DNA of 64,000 bases from Ylistrum balloti (lineage: Eukaryota): assembly GCF_031769215.1 (NCBI RefSeq), contig NW_026782019.1, positions 1,674,001 to 1,738,000 on the forward strand. The letters are read 5' to 3'. Of this stretch, positions 24,701 through 35,990 are shown piece after piece (positions within the stretch are counted from its first letter, which is position 1; every line of letters begins with the position of its first letter). A program made the position numbers and the translations under genes. The notes beneath the pieces are model-generated. The model saw only the letters and a list, made by a program, of their open reading frames with translations, was not told where the DNA came from and searched no databases.

Positions 24701-27700
24701 CACATAGAAAAAAAAACTAGACCATTGTCGAGGAAGGGCCCCGCATAATACCTACCCCTTATGATTGAGTTTCTTAATATTAAGAAATATATGGACAGGT
24801 GTCAAGTATTGAAAGCAACTTTCATCAAAATCCAATGAAAATGGACAGATGGACAGATATATGGATCGACGGACAGACAGACGGACAGGGTGAACATTGA
24901 ACTCGAATGAGGGGCTTATGTACCAAGTATCACGAAGCAAGTTTTAAAGAAATCCCAAATCATTCCTTCAGAAGATATTCTCTGTAAAACATTCAGCCAA
25001 TCAGATTGCAGCAGCCTCATTAAATATGTGCGGAATTCGGCAAACATCGAACTTGAGCGAGGGACTTATGTACCAAGTATCATAAGCAAGTTTCATCGAA
25101 ATCCCATCATTCCTTCTCAAGATATCGCGTGGAAAGCGAAACCGACAGACATGTAAAACATTCAGCCAATCAGATTGCAGCAGCCTCATTAAATATGCGC
25201 GGAATTTGGCGAACATCGAACTTGAGCAAGGGACTTATGTACCAAGTATCATAAGCATGTTTCATCGAAATCCCATCATTCCTTCTCAAGATATCGCGCG
25301 GAAAGCGAAACCGACAGACATGTAAAACATTCAGCCAATCAGATTGCAGCAGCCTCATTAAATATGCGCGGAATTTGGCGAACATCGAACTTGAGCGAGG
25401 GACTTATGTACCAAGTATCATAAGCAAGTTTCATCGAAATATCATCATTCCTTCTCAAGATATCGTGCGGAAAGCAAAACGGACAGACAGACGGAGACAG
25501 ACGGACAGACAGACAGACGGACAGACGGACAAGGTGATTACTATAGGGCACCCGCATCGCGATGCGGGGCCCTAATTATTTCCTTGTGTGATATGAAATC
25601 GGACATGTCTGATGCTCATTAGTTTGCCTGGTGGTAACATTGTTGACCTTGTTCTCATTATTTTTACAATTTTATCTAGATGCGACGTTTCAAATTCATC
25701 ATTGACATATTAGATGCTAAGGTTTTTTACCGTAATATCTTCTGCAGTTCACGGTCTGTGGCATTAAGGAAGGATTGACTAAGGAAGGTCAGGATGTCTG
25801 CTGCCAGTTGAACAAACTAAAGAAATGAAGTTTACACTTAAAGAAAGATACTTTATATCATGATCATCCTCAAAGAAAACTTCATTTTCCAAACATTTTT
25901 TAAAGCATACATTAAAACTATATTTGTTACAACTCATTTATTGTAAATACCAGTATATATGCAATTGATGTTTATATACATTCTCTTTTCAAGCAATAAT
26001 TATATAGTCATCAAAATCTGTACAAAACAACCCTTTAAATAGTTTGACTTATATCATAAATATATATTGTGATCAATTTGTAATTATAGGTCACTACAAT
26101 AATTGGTGTTAGACTGTAAAGAGATTTCTGTCGCAGACAGCTTACCCCTTCTGGCTCCCGTTTGTCTGGGACAAAGTTGGGACTGTCCCCACTACTAATC
26201 TTGCGTGAGCGCTTGCCCTCGCTAGGAACATCAACACGTGCTGGAACCGGGGGTGGGGCGGATGGCTCCACGGTATCTGTGGGTAGGGCTGGCTCCTCAA
26301 ACAGGCCCCCAAGAATTGGCTCTGAATCCTCATCTAGACATAAACGCCATTCAGAATTGTATGTTACAAATCTTGATTTTCAAAGATACAATGCTTTTTA
26401 AAAATAAGGTCATACCACTACCAACTTTATATAAACATAATTATATATAAATGACATACAAAAGATATATGGTAGCTTCCTATCAGTATCACTGCTTACC
26501 ATCATCATCACTGCTTTCCTCAGAACAGCTGAAGTCATCCTCATAGAATGTGTTGGAGTCAGATGCACTGCTACTGCTTGTTTCAGAGGACTCTGTCCCC
26601 TGCTTCAGTCTTCGTAGTAAAGATGCCTGTTAAAGATTGAAAGAGAAGTGAAGACTTCATGAACAGATTAAAGAGATTTGTGAAGTCTAAAATACTGTTT
26701 GAATATCTATTAGCCTAATAATGACTTAAAAAATATATTTTAAAACTTTCAGAAATATGGAAATATTTCTATGGGATCATCTATACTAACACCTGGTCCC
26801 ATTTTCACGAAGAAATGACTGCAGTAACACACACCTTTCTGAAGGAGTTTTCCACCAGGTTGAACAAGAGGTCTGTCAGATTGATGGCATTCAGCAACTT
26901 CTTGACACGTTTCCAGGCAGTTTGGTATGTCATTATGGTAAAGTCAAGACCAGGTTTGGATGGTGCAGTTGTTCCCTGCATAAAACAAGCATATTCTTGA
27001 TCACTTTTGCATTCACATTATATCACAACATCCTTAAGTTACATATATCATATAACAGGTCCTTATTTCATTTAATCCCCCCTAACTCTTTCCCTTACAC
27101 ACCAGAAGTCTCTCCACTCACCAGATCAGGCACCATGCCTTCAACTTGTAAATCAGCCAGTAGTTCCTGCACCAGTTGTACAGCCTTGGTTGCCAAGGCA
27201 ACAGATAAAGCTCCAAAGCCATGGAATGAACTTTTCCAGGTGCTGCTACGACTGAAGGATTGGGATTGTGCTTCCCTTGGCTTGGTAGAGCTATCAGATG
27301 ACAGGGCAGACCCTTTGGGTTTACAGGGTTCCTTCCTCTCCAGTACAGTAGAGGGTGTGAGAGCAATAATATTTTGTAAACCTCTCATTAACAACCATGC
27401 TGCCATCAGGTTAAGGTTCTGGGCCGTCTGCAAAGTTACAATTCAGCATAAAGTTTGTATCTTTTCTTTTCATAGAGACAGAAATTTATCACAGAATTTT
27501 TGAAAGAACGGTTCATTTGTTTTTTTCTTTATTATCATCTGTCCATCATCATTGTCCTGTATTCTCAAAATATAATCTCCTTATTTTTGTCCATGGTTAA
27601 CACTATATTCATACTGAAATAAATTATAGCTTCCAAGAAGTTATAGAAACATTTAAAGCAAACTTCCACTCATCAAGCTTATTCAACAAGACTGGGTAAA

Positions 27701-30700
27701 TGATCTTTGTGTCAGGTGTACTGGTTCCAATGCTGTACTTACATTGCCTCCTGCTCTTGTGGAATTCCTCATAACAGTTGATACAGTGTTGAATACTTCC
27801 AACTAGAGATACAACACAAACAATAAATATGAATAAAAAATAAATTTATCCTTAAAATAAAGTTTTGTACAAACGACTGAAATACTGTTAAGAAGATATT
27901 CAATTACACCGGAAACTATAGGAAATATATTAATTTTCTTAATTAGTCCTTAAAAAGTTACATTTCCCTTTATTACAGAGGTTCATCATTTGTTGACTAG
28001 ACAAAACTTACACTTCTTTGGATAACAGTAGTTCCATAGTTGTCAATCTCTTCATCTTTAGTTGATGTTGACTTGGCCGGGGTAGTGCTGGTTAATGCCA
28101 CAACATTGTTTGCCATGGCAACAGAAAGAGAGGCATACAGGCAGCTCATGGTGATGTTGACAATTTTCTCCATCCTCTTTGGAGAGAGTGGTTCCAGGAT
28201 AGGAAGACTGAAGGCGCGCCACACAATGGAGATATCACTCAGCAAACACTGGTAGCTACAAGGAGATAGAAAAAAGATTATCGGGGATACCACAAGCCTA
28301 AAGAGGAAGGAATATTACCAAGCCTCAAGAAGAAGGAAAAAGTATGCTTGCAAAAATGTCAGCAAAATCAAAACAGATACAAATTCTAAATGTCAAACTT
28401 GTTACTCTTGTTTGATGAGGGTTACTTGAAATTGAAACATCAACAACTATCCCCTTTAGAATAAACCCTGTTTTGGAAGGGATCTGCAGTGTTGTTGTCA
28501 CTCCTGGACAACTATTTTACTTTTTTAGTGATTTAGCGAGGATTCTATATCCATGGCAAATCCCACACGAACTCCTAAATGCTTCAATATTTTGAGGGAC
28601 ATTGTGCCTCAACTCCACTGTGTGTTAAATTTTACTGTCTATGGGTAAACAGTTGAATTTTCACCCATGTCATCCTTATCAATAAGTCATAGATGAACAG
28701 GATATATTTATATATTTTGAGCAAATTTTACAATATGTGAAAATGAAGTACAAAGTATGGGTGGAAATAACACTGTACATATGTTTCCTTATACTTGTCT
28801 ACACATTCCTAGAGATTATGCTTCAGCTATTTTACACAACAGCCTACCTCGTCCTTGATGTAAGGGCTTCCACCAGGGTGTTAGGCATGATGAAAGAGGA
28901 GCCTGCCACTGCCTCTTTGTAGCGCTGGGAATACCTTCCAAGGAATGTCAGATTTGAACAAACATTCACTAAAATATCAGCTCCATCCATTTGCAGGAGA
29001 TGCGACAGGTTTCTCTTTCCAAAAGCATGTTTCAAGTCATCCGACTCACGACTGTGTCGACTGTGGGATGTGTCATCATCGTTGACTACAGGATCAACAA
29101 CAGGTTCAGTTTTCTGAGGACTTGAGATGCTCACCTCCTCAAATACTGAGGTCAACTGGTCAAATATGTCACTTCCTGTATCTATTCTCGATCGAGCAAT
29201 TTCTTTGGGCTGAATTTCCTCACAATCTAAAATCAGCCAAACAAAAATAATTCAATATTGTTTAATCAAATGGTCTGTATGTGTGAAGGAATGGCCTCCA
29301 ATGATTTTGATAATTTTTCCTATACAAAACAAAGATCCTATGTTTTTCAGGGTTTATACGCCTTATAGAGAAAAGGTCAAATTTTGTTTTAATGTGCCAT
29401 ACATGTTTGTGTTTATGTGCCCATCATAAAGCCGAAAATTAGACCTTCTGACTTTAAAGTGTAGTCAACAAGAACTTATACTACACCAATAAAGTTAGAA
29501 GCCAAATCAATATTTTTGTTTTAATTTCAATCACAATTCCAGGACATCATAAAATAATGAGTCAAAAAAACTGAAGATGCAAATTTTCTTCGTGGGTTCA
29601 GATTGACATTTGCTATTAAATCCTTGTCTGGCAAACTTTTCAATACAGTGAAAGAATTGATGCAGTTTATTTTTTTCAGGTTAGGTTTAAACTCTAATGC
29701 AGAAGAGGTTTAATCAGCATGGCTTATCTGCATTTAAAAATCACACAGAGACCTTCACATTCTCTATATTCACCAGTTTAAAAGTTTGTCTGTATATAAC
29801 TGGTTAAAATGCAGAGCTTGAACATTTTATTATGGGGAGGGGCCTTGGCTTTGGTGTTGGACAGTCGTATAGATTATATCACTTACCTGTGTCTGACTCG
29901 CGTACATGGCGAGGGGCCTTGGCTTTGGTGTTGGACAGTCGTATAGATTATATTACTTACCTGTGTCTGACTCGCGTACATGGGGAGGGGCCTGGGCTTG
30001 GCGGAGGACAGCCACATAGGATGTTACATCAGCCTTATTTAGACCACTGCTTCCTGTACACAGGGCTTTTATCAACATCATCAGGTGTTTCTGTCAAAAA
30101 GAACATGAATCCATAATTCTTATATCAGGTTCTTATATTCAAAGATGATTAAACTATTTGAGAATAAAGTATTTAATTTGTAAATCATTATACAGGATTA
30201 AATTTGACCAATTCGATACAATAGGAAGTTTAATTTTGATTTGAGGACTAGAAATCTGCATGACTTGAAGAAAAGTGAGCATATCTAAAACATGTTACAA
30301 TTTCTATCCGTCTTTCACCTAGTAAATACTTTGAAAAATTTTTTTAGTTCAAAACTAGGAATGAATAAATGACCTGTTTCCTTTGCTTTGAAACAGTGTA
30401 GTCACACACAAAGACACTAAGTAAAGTTAATATATCTGGCTTGTATTACCTGTGTTATGCAGCATTCTTCATGATAGGTCTGTAATTTAGTCAGGAGGAA
30501 CTTCAGTAGTACACGACATGCGTTGGACACAGTTCCAAGTTGTGTTGATGGCACTACAAACACATATTCATTTTTAACAAATATTTCCATCGCAGATTTT
30601 CTTTAATAAAAACTCTTTGTATACATGCTGAATATTAAATAATTGACACATATATATCTGGTGAAAATGTCAATAAATTATGTGACACAAAATATGCACA

Positions 30701-32805
30701 TTGATATTAAAGTGATCAAACCAGTGTTTTTCTTTCCTGTCTGTATATATAGTTTTGTATTAAGGCCTCATTCCTGATTTTGTATAATGATTATTTTTCC
30801 AAATTAATTCCTAGATATTCCAAAAATCTTTACAGCTTATATTTCATTGGTGACAAAGGAAAGTCCAGAATAGTTATTCCTATTTTTCCCTTTCATTGCA
30901 AAAAAGAATTTCCAACTTCTATCACTTAACAGATAGCAGCAAAATGAACAGGAAAATTAAAGCTGAATAAAAGCTTTATTGTAATAATGCAAAAGATATA
31001 CATTAAAACATCATTTAAATTATCACAACTACTTAATCAAACATACATTAAATGTTTTGTCAAATGTGAATACCATACCTGATCTAGCACTTGCACTCAT
31101 ATAGTGTGAAGCCAGAGCCACAAATGCAGAGTAGAACTTTTCATGCTGAGCTTCATGTTCGAGTATGTCTGCTTCACTGTGAAATATAACATACATATAC
31201 ATATAGCAAAGGAAATTAAGTAAAGTTTTTGACACTTCAATTTTCCTAATGTTTAAAAATATGCTTTTTCATATTTCGACTAATACATATTTGTATATGT
31301 ACAACTCAATTATGCAATCCAGAAAAACAACACATATAAAAATGACATTTTCTGAGTCAATCCTCCAAAATAGGAGCATGTTACATTAAGAATTTTTATC
31401 CTGAATCTGACACTGTAACTGTCAGGATACACCTATAACATATACCTTTGTTTGCTGTATTTAACAGTAACATCTTTATTCTAATATGTGCATTAATCTA
31501 AATAGTTAGAATGACTTAGTGAATAACAAAAAAAAACAAGAAATTTTGGAAAAAGTTTTTTGCAAGTTTATCTTGAAAAAAAAGACACAAAAATAAAACT
31601 GTTGTGGTATAAGATTGAAGCAATATTTGTGAATGGGGCATTTACTTGTCAAAATTGTACATTAACCATGTGGCCTAATTTAGTACTCTTAAGTCAACAT
31701 ATTGCACTTAACACTGTTAAACATGAAGCCTGTATATAAGGCCTATAGTATCGCTCACCTGGCCTTGTTTGCCTGAAATTACTTCATCTAAATTAAGGAA
31801 AAAGAATTCTAAAGGTTGATATTTAAGAATTAGAAGGATTTTAAAGTATCTATTCTATTTCACCAGTTAGGCCTGGTCCCTCCTGCCCCTGGGGAATGAG
31901 ATCCACCATTTATATAAAATTGATTCCTCTTCACCCCATGATGTTTCAGACCAAAGTGGCACAGAAACCACACATTGTTACAGAAGAAGCAGGATTGTGA
32001 AGAATTTGCTTGATTTCTGGTAGCTCCATCCCAGGGAGCTAAGACCCACTGTTTCAGATGAAATTTGAACAAAATTCAATCATTCATAAAGAAAAAAATG
32101 CTAAATATCCCATTTTAGGCCCCACCCCCAGGCCCCAAAGGAGTCAGCCCTTCTGAAACTCCTTTCGTGGCTCTTTCCAATCAGGCCAGCATCCCTTGAA
32201 ACACGGCCTTTCACTCACCCATGGGTTATCGTCTGCAGCGCATTTTTGGACCAGGAAATTTACTTATTCATAGCTGGCTCGCGGCTAACTTTTACCTAAA
32301 TCTATTTCTATTGTCCCAATATTTAAGATACAGACCATGTATTCTCTTTGTTAATGTAAGACCTATTTAACACATAATTCACCCGTCGATCCAGTAACAG
32401 TCAAAGGAATCTGAATGCAACCCAATGTTACTCTATATCATAATCATACTTATTATTTTTAAAGCACAAATTGAAAAAATATATATACATGCAGAGAACC
32501 GAAAAAACGATAGTAAAACTGTTAGGTATATTATACCAAGAAAGAGTGACGTAAATCTAAAAATACATCTGACAAAATCGAACATCCTGATTCTCGTGAT
32601 AAGAAGCAACAAACAGGATCATAAGCGTAACTAAGACCCCTACATATCAAGTAGAACGCAATACTTGGAATGAAGTAACATATTCAAACCTCTTAGTTAA
32701 AGCTTTTGCAAATCCAGGTAGATCATCTTTGTTGAATGACGAGTATGACGCGGTCAGGAGCGGTTTTATGCTCACTGACCACTTCATCCCTGGACTCGTC
32801 GCCAT
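766..32805 (-). CDS. UBR4: E3 ubiquitin-protein ligase UBR4 (p600/pushover), 5' half; 59 exons in window, gene continues beyond position 1
   Basis: Manually spliced translation begins [24 protein letters not shown] and matches recalled UBR4 motifs throughout ([109 protein letters not shown]). Exons in transcript order, all GT-AG and phase-consistent: 32805-32690, 31176-31079, 30553-30450, 30090-29961, 29226-28848, 28255-28012, 27802-27743, 27427-27122, 26975-26835, 26626-26500, 26333-26146, 25816-25731, 24524-24442, 23796-23711, 22966-22726, 22517-22394, 22180-22078, 21486-21342, 20690-20614, 20331-20209, 19934-19752, 19565-19452, 19003-18866, 18518-18427, 18280-18052, 17415-17334, 17052-16974, 16431-16341, 16031-15803, 14761-14666, 14411-14317, 13899-13820, 13390-13196, 12990-12924, 11879-11803, 11510-11462, 11221-11156, 10820-10750, 9546-9399, 9182-8949, 8603-8433, 8114-7863, 7459-7370, 7176-7084, 6926-6867, 6344-6120, 5650-5566, 5323-5263, 4946-4769, 4540-4493, 4264-4105, 3829-3759, 3591-3502, 3223-3092, 2500-2413, 2263-2053, 1696-1633, 1413-1279, 921-766 (alternative donor at 750). 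Sum 7746 nt = 2582 codons. Confidence 0.97.
2669..2925 (+). mobile_element. 5' fragment of a pearl/Helentron-like element
   Basis: ACAAGAGGCCCAACGGGCCC..GCTCACCTG head, then core motifs TTTGACCCCTATGACCTTGAA..AGGTCAAGG and GCCAAATATCA. Confidence 0.6.
4105..8603 (-). other. UBR4: Beta-propeller region of UBR4
   Basis: Exons encode [70 protein letters not shown]. In UBR4 orthologues this segment after the UBR box forms a WD40-like propeller (established knowledge; boundaries approximate). Confidence 0.7.
9890..10320. repeat. Degenerate (GAT)n microsatellite running into a 246-N assembly gap (10075-10320)
   Basis: Directly visible. Confidence 0.95.
10527..10760. repeat. Degenerate ~39-bp array, 5 copies plus the exon junction copy
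   Basis: Units of the form GTTTGTATATGTAATGACCTACCAGTGCAGGATCATTCA. Confidence 0.75.
11915..12755. repeat. 37-bp minisatellite, about 22 copies
   Basis: Unit ATTACCTATCATTAGAAGTAAAACATTGTGTATCAAT; period 37 (11924, 11961, 11998). Confidence 0.95.
15174..15663 (+). mobile_element. pearl/Helentron-like non-autonomous element
   Basis: AACTAGA 5' end with ATGCCCCC subterminal motif, (GGGAC)n/(GGAT)n microsatellite at about 15588-15615, and 3' hairpin TATGCCCCCGGCCAT-AA-ATGGCGGGGGCATA (15629-15659). Confidence 0.75.
20935..21006 (-). mobile_element. tRNA-Thr(AGT)-derived SINE head or tRNA pseudogene
   Basis: Minus strand TAGCTTGATCCGTTAAGTGTGAGGCTAGTAAGCCAGATGTCTCGGGTTCAAATCCTAGCGAAGGCA: A-box-like start, CT-AGT-AA anticodon loop, B box GGTTCAAATCC. 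The acceptor stem is poor. Confidence 0.65.
21620..22020. repeat. 60-bp higher-order repeat (about 3.3 copies) within an ATATCATACAG-type low-complexity tract
   Basis: Lines 21661, 21721 and 21781 are near-identical 60-mers. Confidence 0.85.
23128..23385. repeat. 17/18-bp minisatellite, about 14 copies
   Basis: Unit AATTAGCACAATCAATT(A). Confidence 0.95.
24283..24380. repeat. 39-bp tandem duplication, about 2.5 copies
   Basis: AAACTTGAAATACAGAGTGTGATATGGTTGTTATTCACT repeated. Confidence 0.85.
24714..25576 (+). mobile_element. pearl/CvA-like (Helentron-associated non-autonomous) element with a 169-bp internal tandem array
   Basis: 5' subterminal IR GGGCCCCGCAT (24736-24746) matches ATGCGGGGCCC (25562-25572). 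3' hairpin at 25546-25572. (ACGG/ACAG)n microsatellite near 25480-25530 and a second near 24840-24885. Core repeats with 169-bp period (24985, 25154, 25323). Confidence 0.8.
29830..29995. repeat. 74-bp tandem duplication of the UBR4 exon 4 end and donor
   Basis: ACTTACCTGTGTCTGACTCGCGTACATGG..GAGGGGCCT occurs at 29881 and 29955, with a partial third copy at about 29830-29880. Confidence 0.9.
31725..32170 (+). mobile_element. Fragment of a pearl/Helentron-like element in UBR4 intron 1
   Basis: Head AGGCC..TATCGCTCACCTGG and repeated core motif GGCCCCACCCCCAGGCCCC..GGAGTCAG. Confidence 0.5.
32690..32805 (-). CDS. UBR4: UBR4 first coding exon (start codon)
   Basis: ATG at 32805-32803, [38 protein letters not shown], donor AG|GTTTGA. 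Joins in phase to 31176 ([26 protein letters not shown]). Not in the ORF track because it is short. Confidence 0.9.
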
Positions 32806-32824
32806 TTTTTAGTTTGACTTCCGG
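32797..32824 (-). promoter_or_regulatory. UBR4 core promoter motifs: ETS site CCGGAAGT and YY1/TISU-like AAAATGGCG overlapping the start codon
   Basis: Minus strand reads CCGGAAGT (32824-32817) then CAAACTAAAAAATGGCGACG, so the ETS motif lies 11 nt before the ATG. This arrangement is typical of TATA-less housekeeping promoters. Confidence 0.55.
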
Positions 32825-34884
32825 TCTGTATACAAATTAGACCCCTAAAAGATTAGTTCCAAAATAAAGTACGCAGGATGAACTTAAACATTTAAAAACG
32901 CGTATCTTCTCAAACTGATAATGTGTATAACATTTTTTTTGAAAAAATAAAACAGTTAAATTGCAATGAAAATGCATTGGGATAAAAATATTGATGAGAT
33001 GAAATGTCGGTGCGTACTGAAATTATACATACCAATAATGCCTCCGCGAGAGATTATCAGAGGGGAGCGTTCACAGGGATCATGCACGGAATCCCGATCA
33101 TAATCATTGTATGGTATTTTCTTTCTGTTTTGTTTGTTTGTGTTTTTTTTTCATTTCATGTATGTAAGGGTAGATGTTTTTTTTACCCCTTTTCGATCGA
33201 CATTTTCTCTTTTCTATATTCTTTTATCTTGCAACTGGCACCGCCGTTGTCGGATAACACCTGCCTCATATATATATATTTGCTTTTTGGCAGTAATGAA
33301 AAACAGTTAAATTTTAGCACGTGACTGAAATACTCTCTGAATTTACTTAAATATTACGTTTAGAAATATAAACAATTGTTGAAATAGGCTATTTTACATG
33401 TTGTAATGAACAATTTGATTTATGAAAAGTCATGACGTTAAATTTCAAATCCAAACACGGCCGCTTTTCGGCTATTCGTTTTTGTGATCAGAACAAAATA
33501 GATAAACCATAGCCATGCTAGGAACCAAATGAAACTTACAAATAAAACTTTATCCGTCAAGTAGGTACTTCTCACGAAAAAGTGATTTAGTTAACATCTA
33601 TTTCAAAGTTCGTTTTCTTTTTTCTAACCATTCTCGAAATTAGAGGGCGCTTATGGGGACTCGGAGAAACCTTTATGCGAAATTCGGAAAAAATCTATTT
33701 GTCCAGTATTTCCCAATAAAGAGCGATAACGACCTTTCATGGAAATCGAAAAAATCAAAATAACCACGTCAGCCATTTATTTTCTGATCAGATTGGAAAT
33801 TAAAAGGCCACAACTCGAGACAAAGGAGAACATGCATTTAAAGCAGGGTCAATGCAATATTTCTCTTGAGATAGAGGTTAATGGCTACAGGCTCGCGGCG
33901 ATTTGATCGACTCACAAGTTTGATGGATGTTGGTTAGAATAATACCGATATGTTAACAAAGCCGTGATGAGGATTCCGCCAGGCGGACAATATCTATTAC
34001 ATCTTATACAATTTTGGTTTTTTATTTCGCACGACTTGATAATTCATGGAGAGAAGATAGTCAATCAAGACCGCGGCTGACGTTGGATGTCTGCTCAGAA
34101 TGCTCAAGGTTATTACCCATCTAAATAGCATCTTACTCCACACTCTTCAACCCAGCGCCTTAGATACCATATCTTTGAGCGCACTCTCGCGCAACTTCAT
34201 GGACAAATGTGATTGGCTGAAATCACGCAATGTCACAGAACATTTGAATATGGTGGTGTAACATGACTTTTTATTACTATTGCAGAGAACCAATAATAGA
34301 CTAACACGCGATCGGAAACAGACCAATCAGCATCTGATGCAAAACAGAAAATGACTTAAAATATCGTATCGTAACCAGTTGATAATTTCCAACCAAAATG
34401 AGATTATGGTGATGAACATAAGAAATCAACTTGTATCTTTGGAAACCATGTGTTCTGAATTTTATATTTTAGCTATCGACATTTTTCTAGTTTGTTTATT
34501 TCGGAAAGAGGAGGGACTGGAAAGATGGTGGATGAACACAGGAAGCATTTAAAGATAATTATATCTAGTTGGCAAAATAGTAATTTCAGATATGGCTAAA
34601 ATCAGAACAGCAAGCACCTGCGTTCGAGTAAGCTCCTAAACCGAAGTTTGCTCTCTAAATAAGCACATATATCAAGGAAGCTTTATGAACATTGATGGAC
34701 TATATGGAACTCGAGTTATCGCGAAAAGAAAATAATTTATGTGTATAGCGAACAGTTATATCAAGCTACAAGATATTTGAAAAGAAAAGAAACATTGCTT
34801 TTGGTAGAGCACGTGACCTATAATTTTCCTGGTATTCACCCGTATAAGCCAAAGAAGCGTAGGATCAAGTTTAATTAGTGTGGA

Positions 34885-34917
34885 CAGAGACGTATATATG
34901 TGTTATATATGTCTCTG
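34885..34917. mobile_element. 33-bp minimal TIR insertion (CAGAGAC...GTCTCTG) with 7-bp direct repeat
   Basis: gtgtgga|CAGAGACgtatatatgtgttatatatGTCTCTG|gtgtgga; direct repeat at 34878-34884 and 34918-34924. Confidence 0.7.
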
Positions 34918-35170
34918 GTGTGGACAACCGCCTCTGCAGTCAACGTTCTGGTCGTCAAATATATTGTAACGAAGCGACTTTTGATTGAAGCACAAAACAT
35001 TGTAACTTAAAACTTGTTGAGTATTTAATATTGTCTCTGCTTATATCGCTTGCAAAAGTTAGAGGAATAATTTCCATTATTAATTATGATTATTATTGAT
35101 GTTTTGGAAGTAAATTAAGGTTTCTAAGATTAGCGGTTATTTTGATGAGTTCAACGAACACTCAGCTTCA

Positions 35171-35990
35171 GCCGCCATCTTGAAGAGAGCAACAATGTTA
35201 ACATCACACTTCTAGGTATGTAATCTTATTTCTTTTTAAGGCATGATTTCTATTGAAAGGAACGATTTTACAGGAAATATGTGTTTTATGTATTTACAGT
35301 ATGGACCGCAATTTTCCATGCATAGGTTGTAAGAAGGGATATAAGACGATGAAGGCCCATGAGGTAACGCAAACTAGACAAGCACGAGGGGCAAAAGAAC
35401 TGCTCTGTAATTGGGTACAGTTACAGGTATCCTTCATCAGGGTCCCATCATCTGAAAGGTCACATGATGTCGCACCATGTGGACCAGACCATGAAAAATG
35501 TCCTTGTCGTTCGGCGACTGGATGGTGCCACACAACCTTATGGTTTTGAGGAGATGGTGGAAGGGGATGACCTCAAGACCCCCACCTTACATCGGGTTGG
35601 AATCCCTCGTAATCACCCACTGTACATGCCTTGTGTTCTATGATGGTGATTGTTTTGCATTGTGTCATGATATACTACAATGATGAGTAGAGAAATGAAT
35701 AATTCCAGCCTGTTGTCGGTATGACAGCTACTCCTAGGAAGATGGGCTGGTTGTGATCCAAGTGGACACGTGCTAGCACATCTGAAAAATCCAGATCGTT
35801 ATTCTGAAGTACTGCTTATACCGGAGTGACTACACAGTTAAGCGCAATGAGGATTCAAGCATTACCATATGGACCACATGACCTTCATCGTGAACATGAT
35901 TGGCCGGGTGACGAGTCTACTTCCTGGTATATCCAGCGTGAAGTATGAAGAGACATAGATTGCACGAAGAAAGAAATTGCTTATTATTTA
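35171..35990 (+). pseudogene. Decayed C2H2 zinc-finger-like gene (host pseudogene or transposon gene)
   Basis: YY1 consensus GCCGCCATCTTG (35171-35182), donor AG|GTATGT (35216), acceptor tttacag| (35299), ATG at 35301. Translation MDRNFPCIGCKKGYKTMKAH, then after a 1-nt shift LLCNW..SYRYPSSGSHHLKGHMMSHH. Stops and frameshifts follow. Confidence 0.4.

Noticed and set aside
25001-25557. Three near-identical ORFs ([13 protein letters not shown]...) as a tandem peptide gene family
   Set aside because: They are translations of the 169-bp core repeats of a non-autonomous element.
26475-26513. 20-nt degenerate copy (16/20 match) of the exon 10 end and donor
   Set aside because: It fits the donor-duplication pattern but is short and involves ATC microsatellite-like sequence, so chance cannot be excluded.
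26922-27503. 193-aa plus-strand ORF and similar antisense ORFs (28040, 18083, 13268, 9010, 62888)
   Set aside because: They are shadow frames opposite UBR4 or TTLL11 exons, with no independent motifs or splice structure.
32840-34350. Possible transposon or divergent gene immediately upstream of UBR4
   Set aside because: CpG-richer and repeat-like, but I could not define TIRs, a TSD or a credible spliced ORF.
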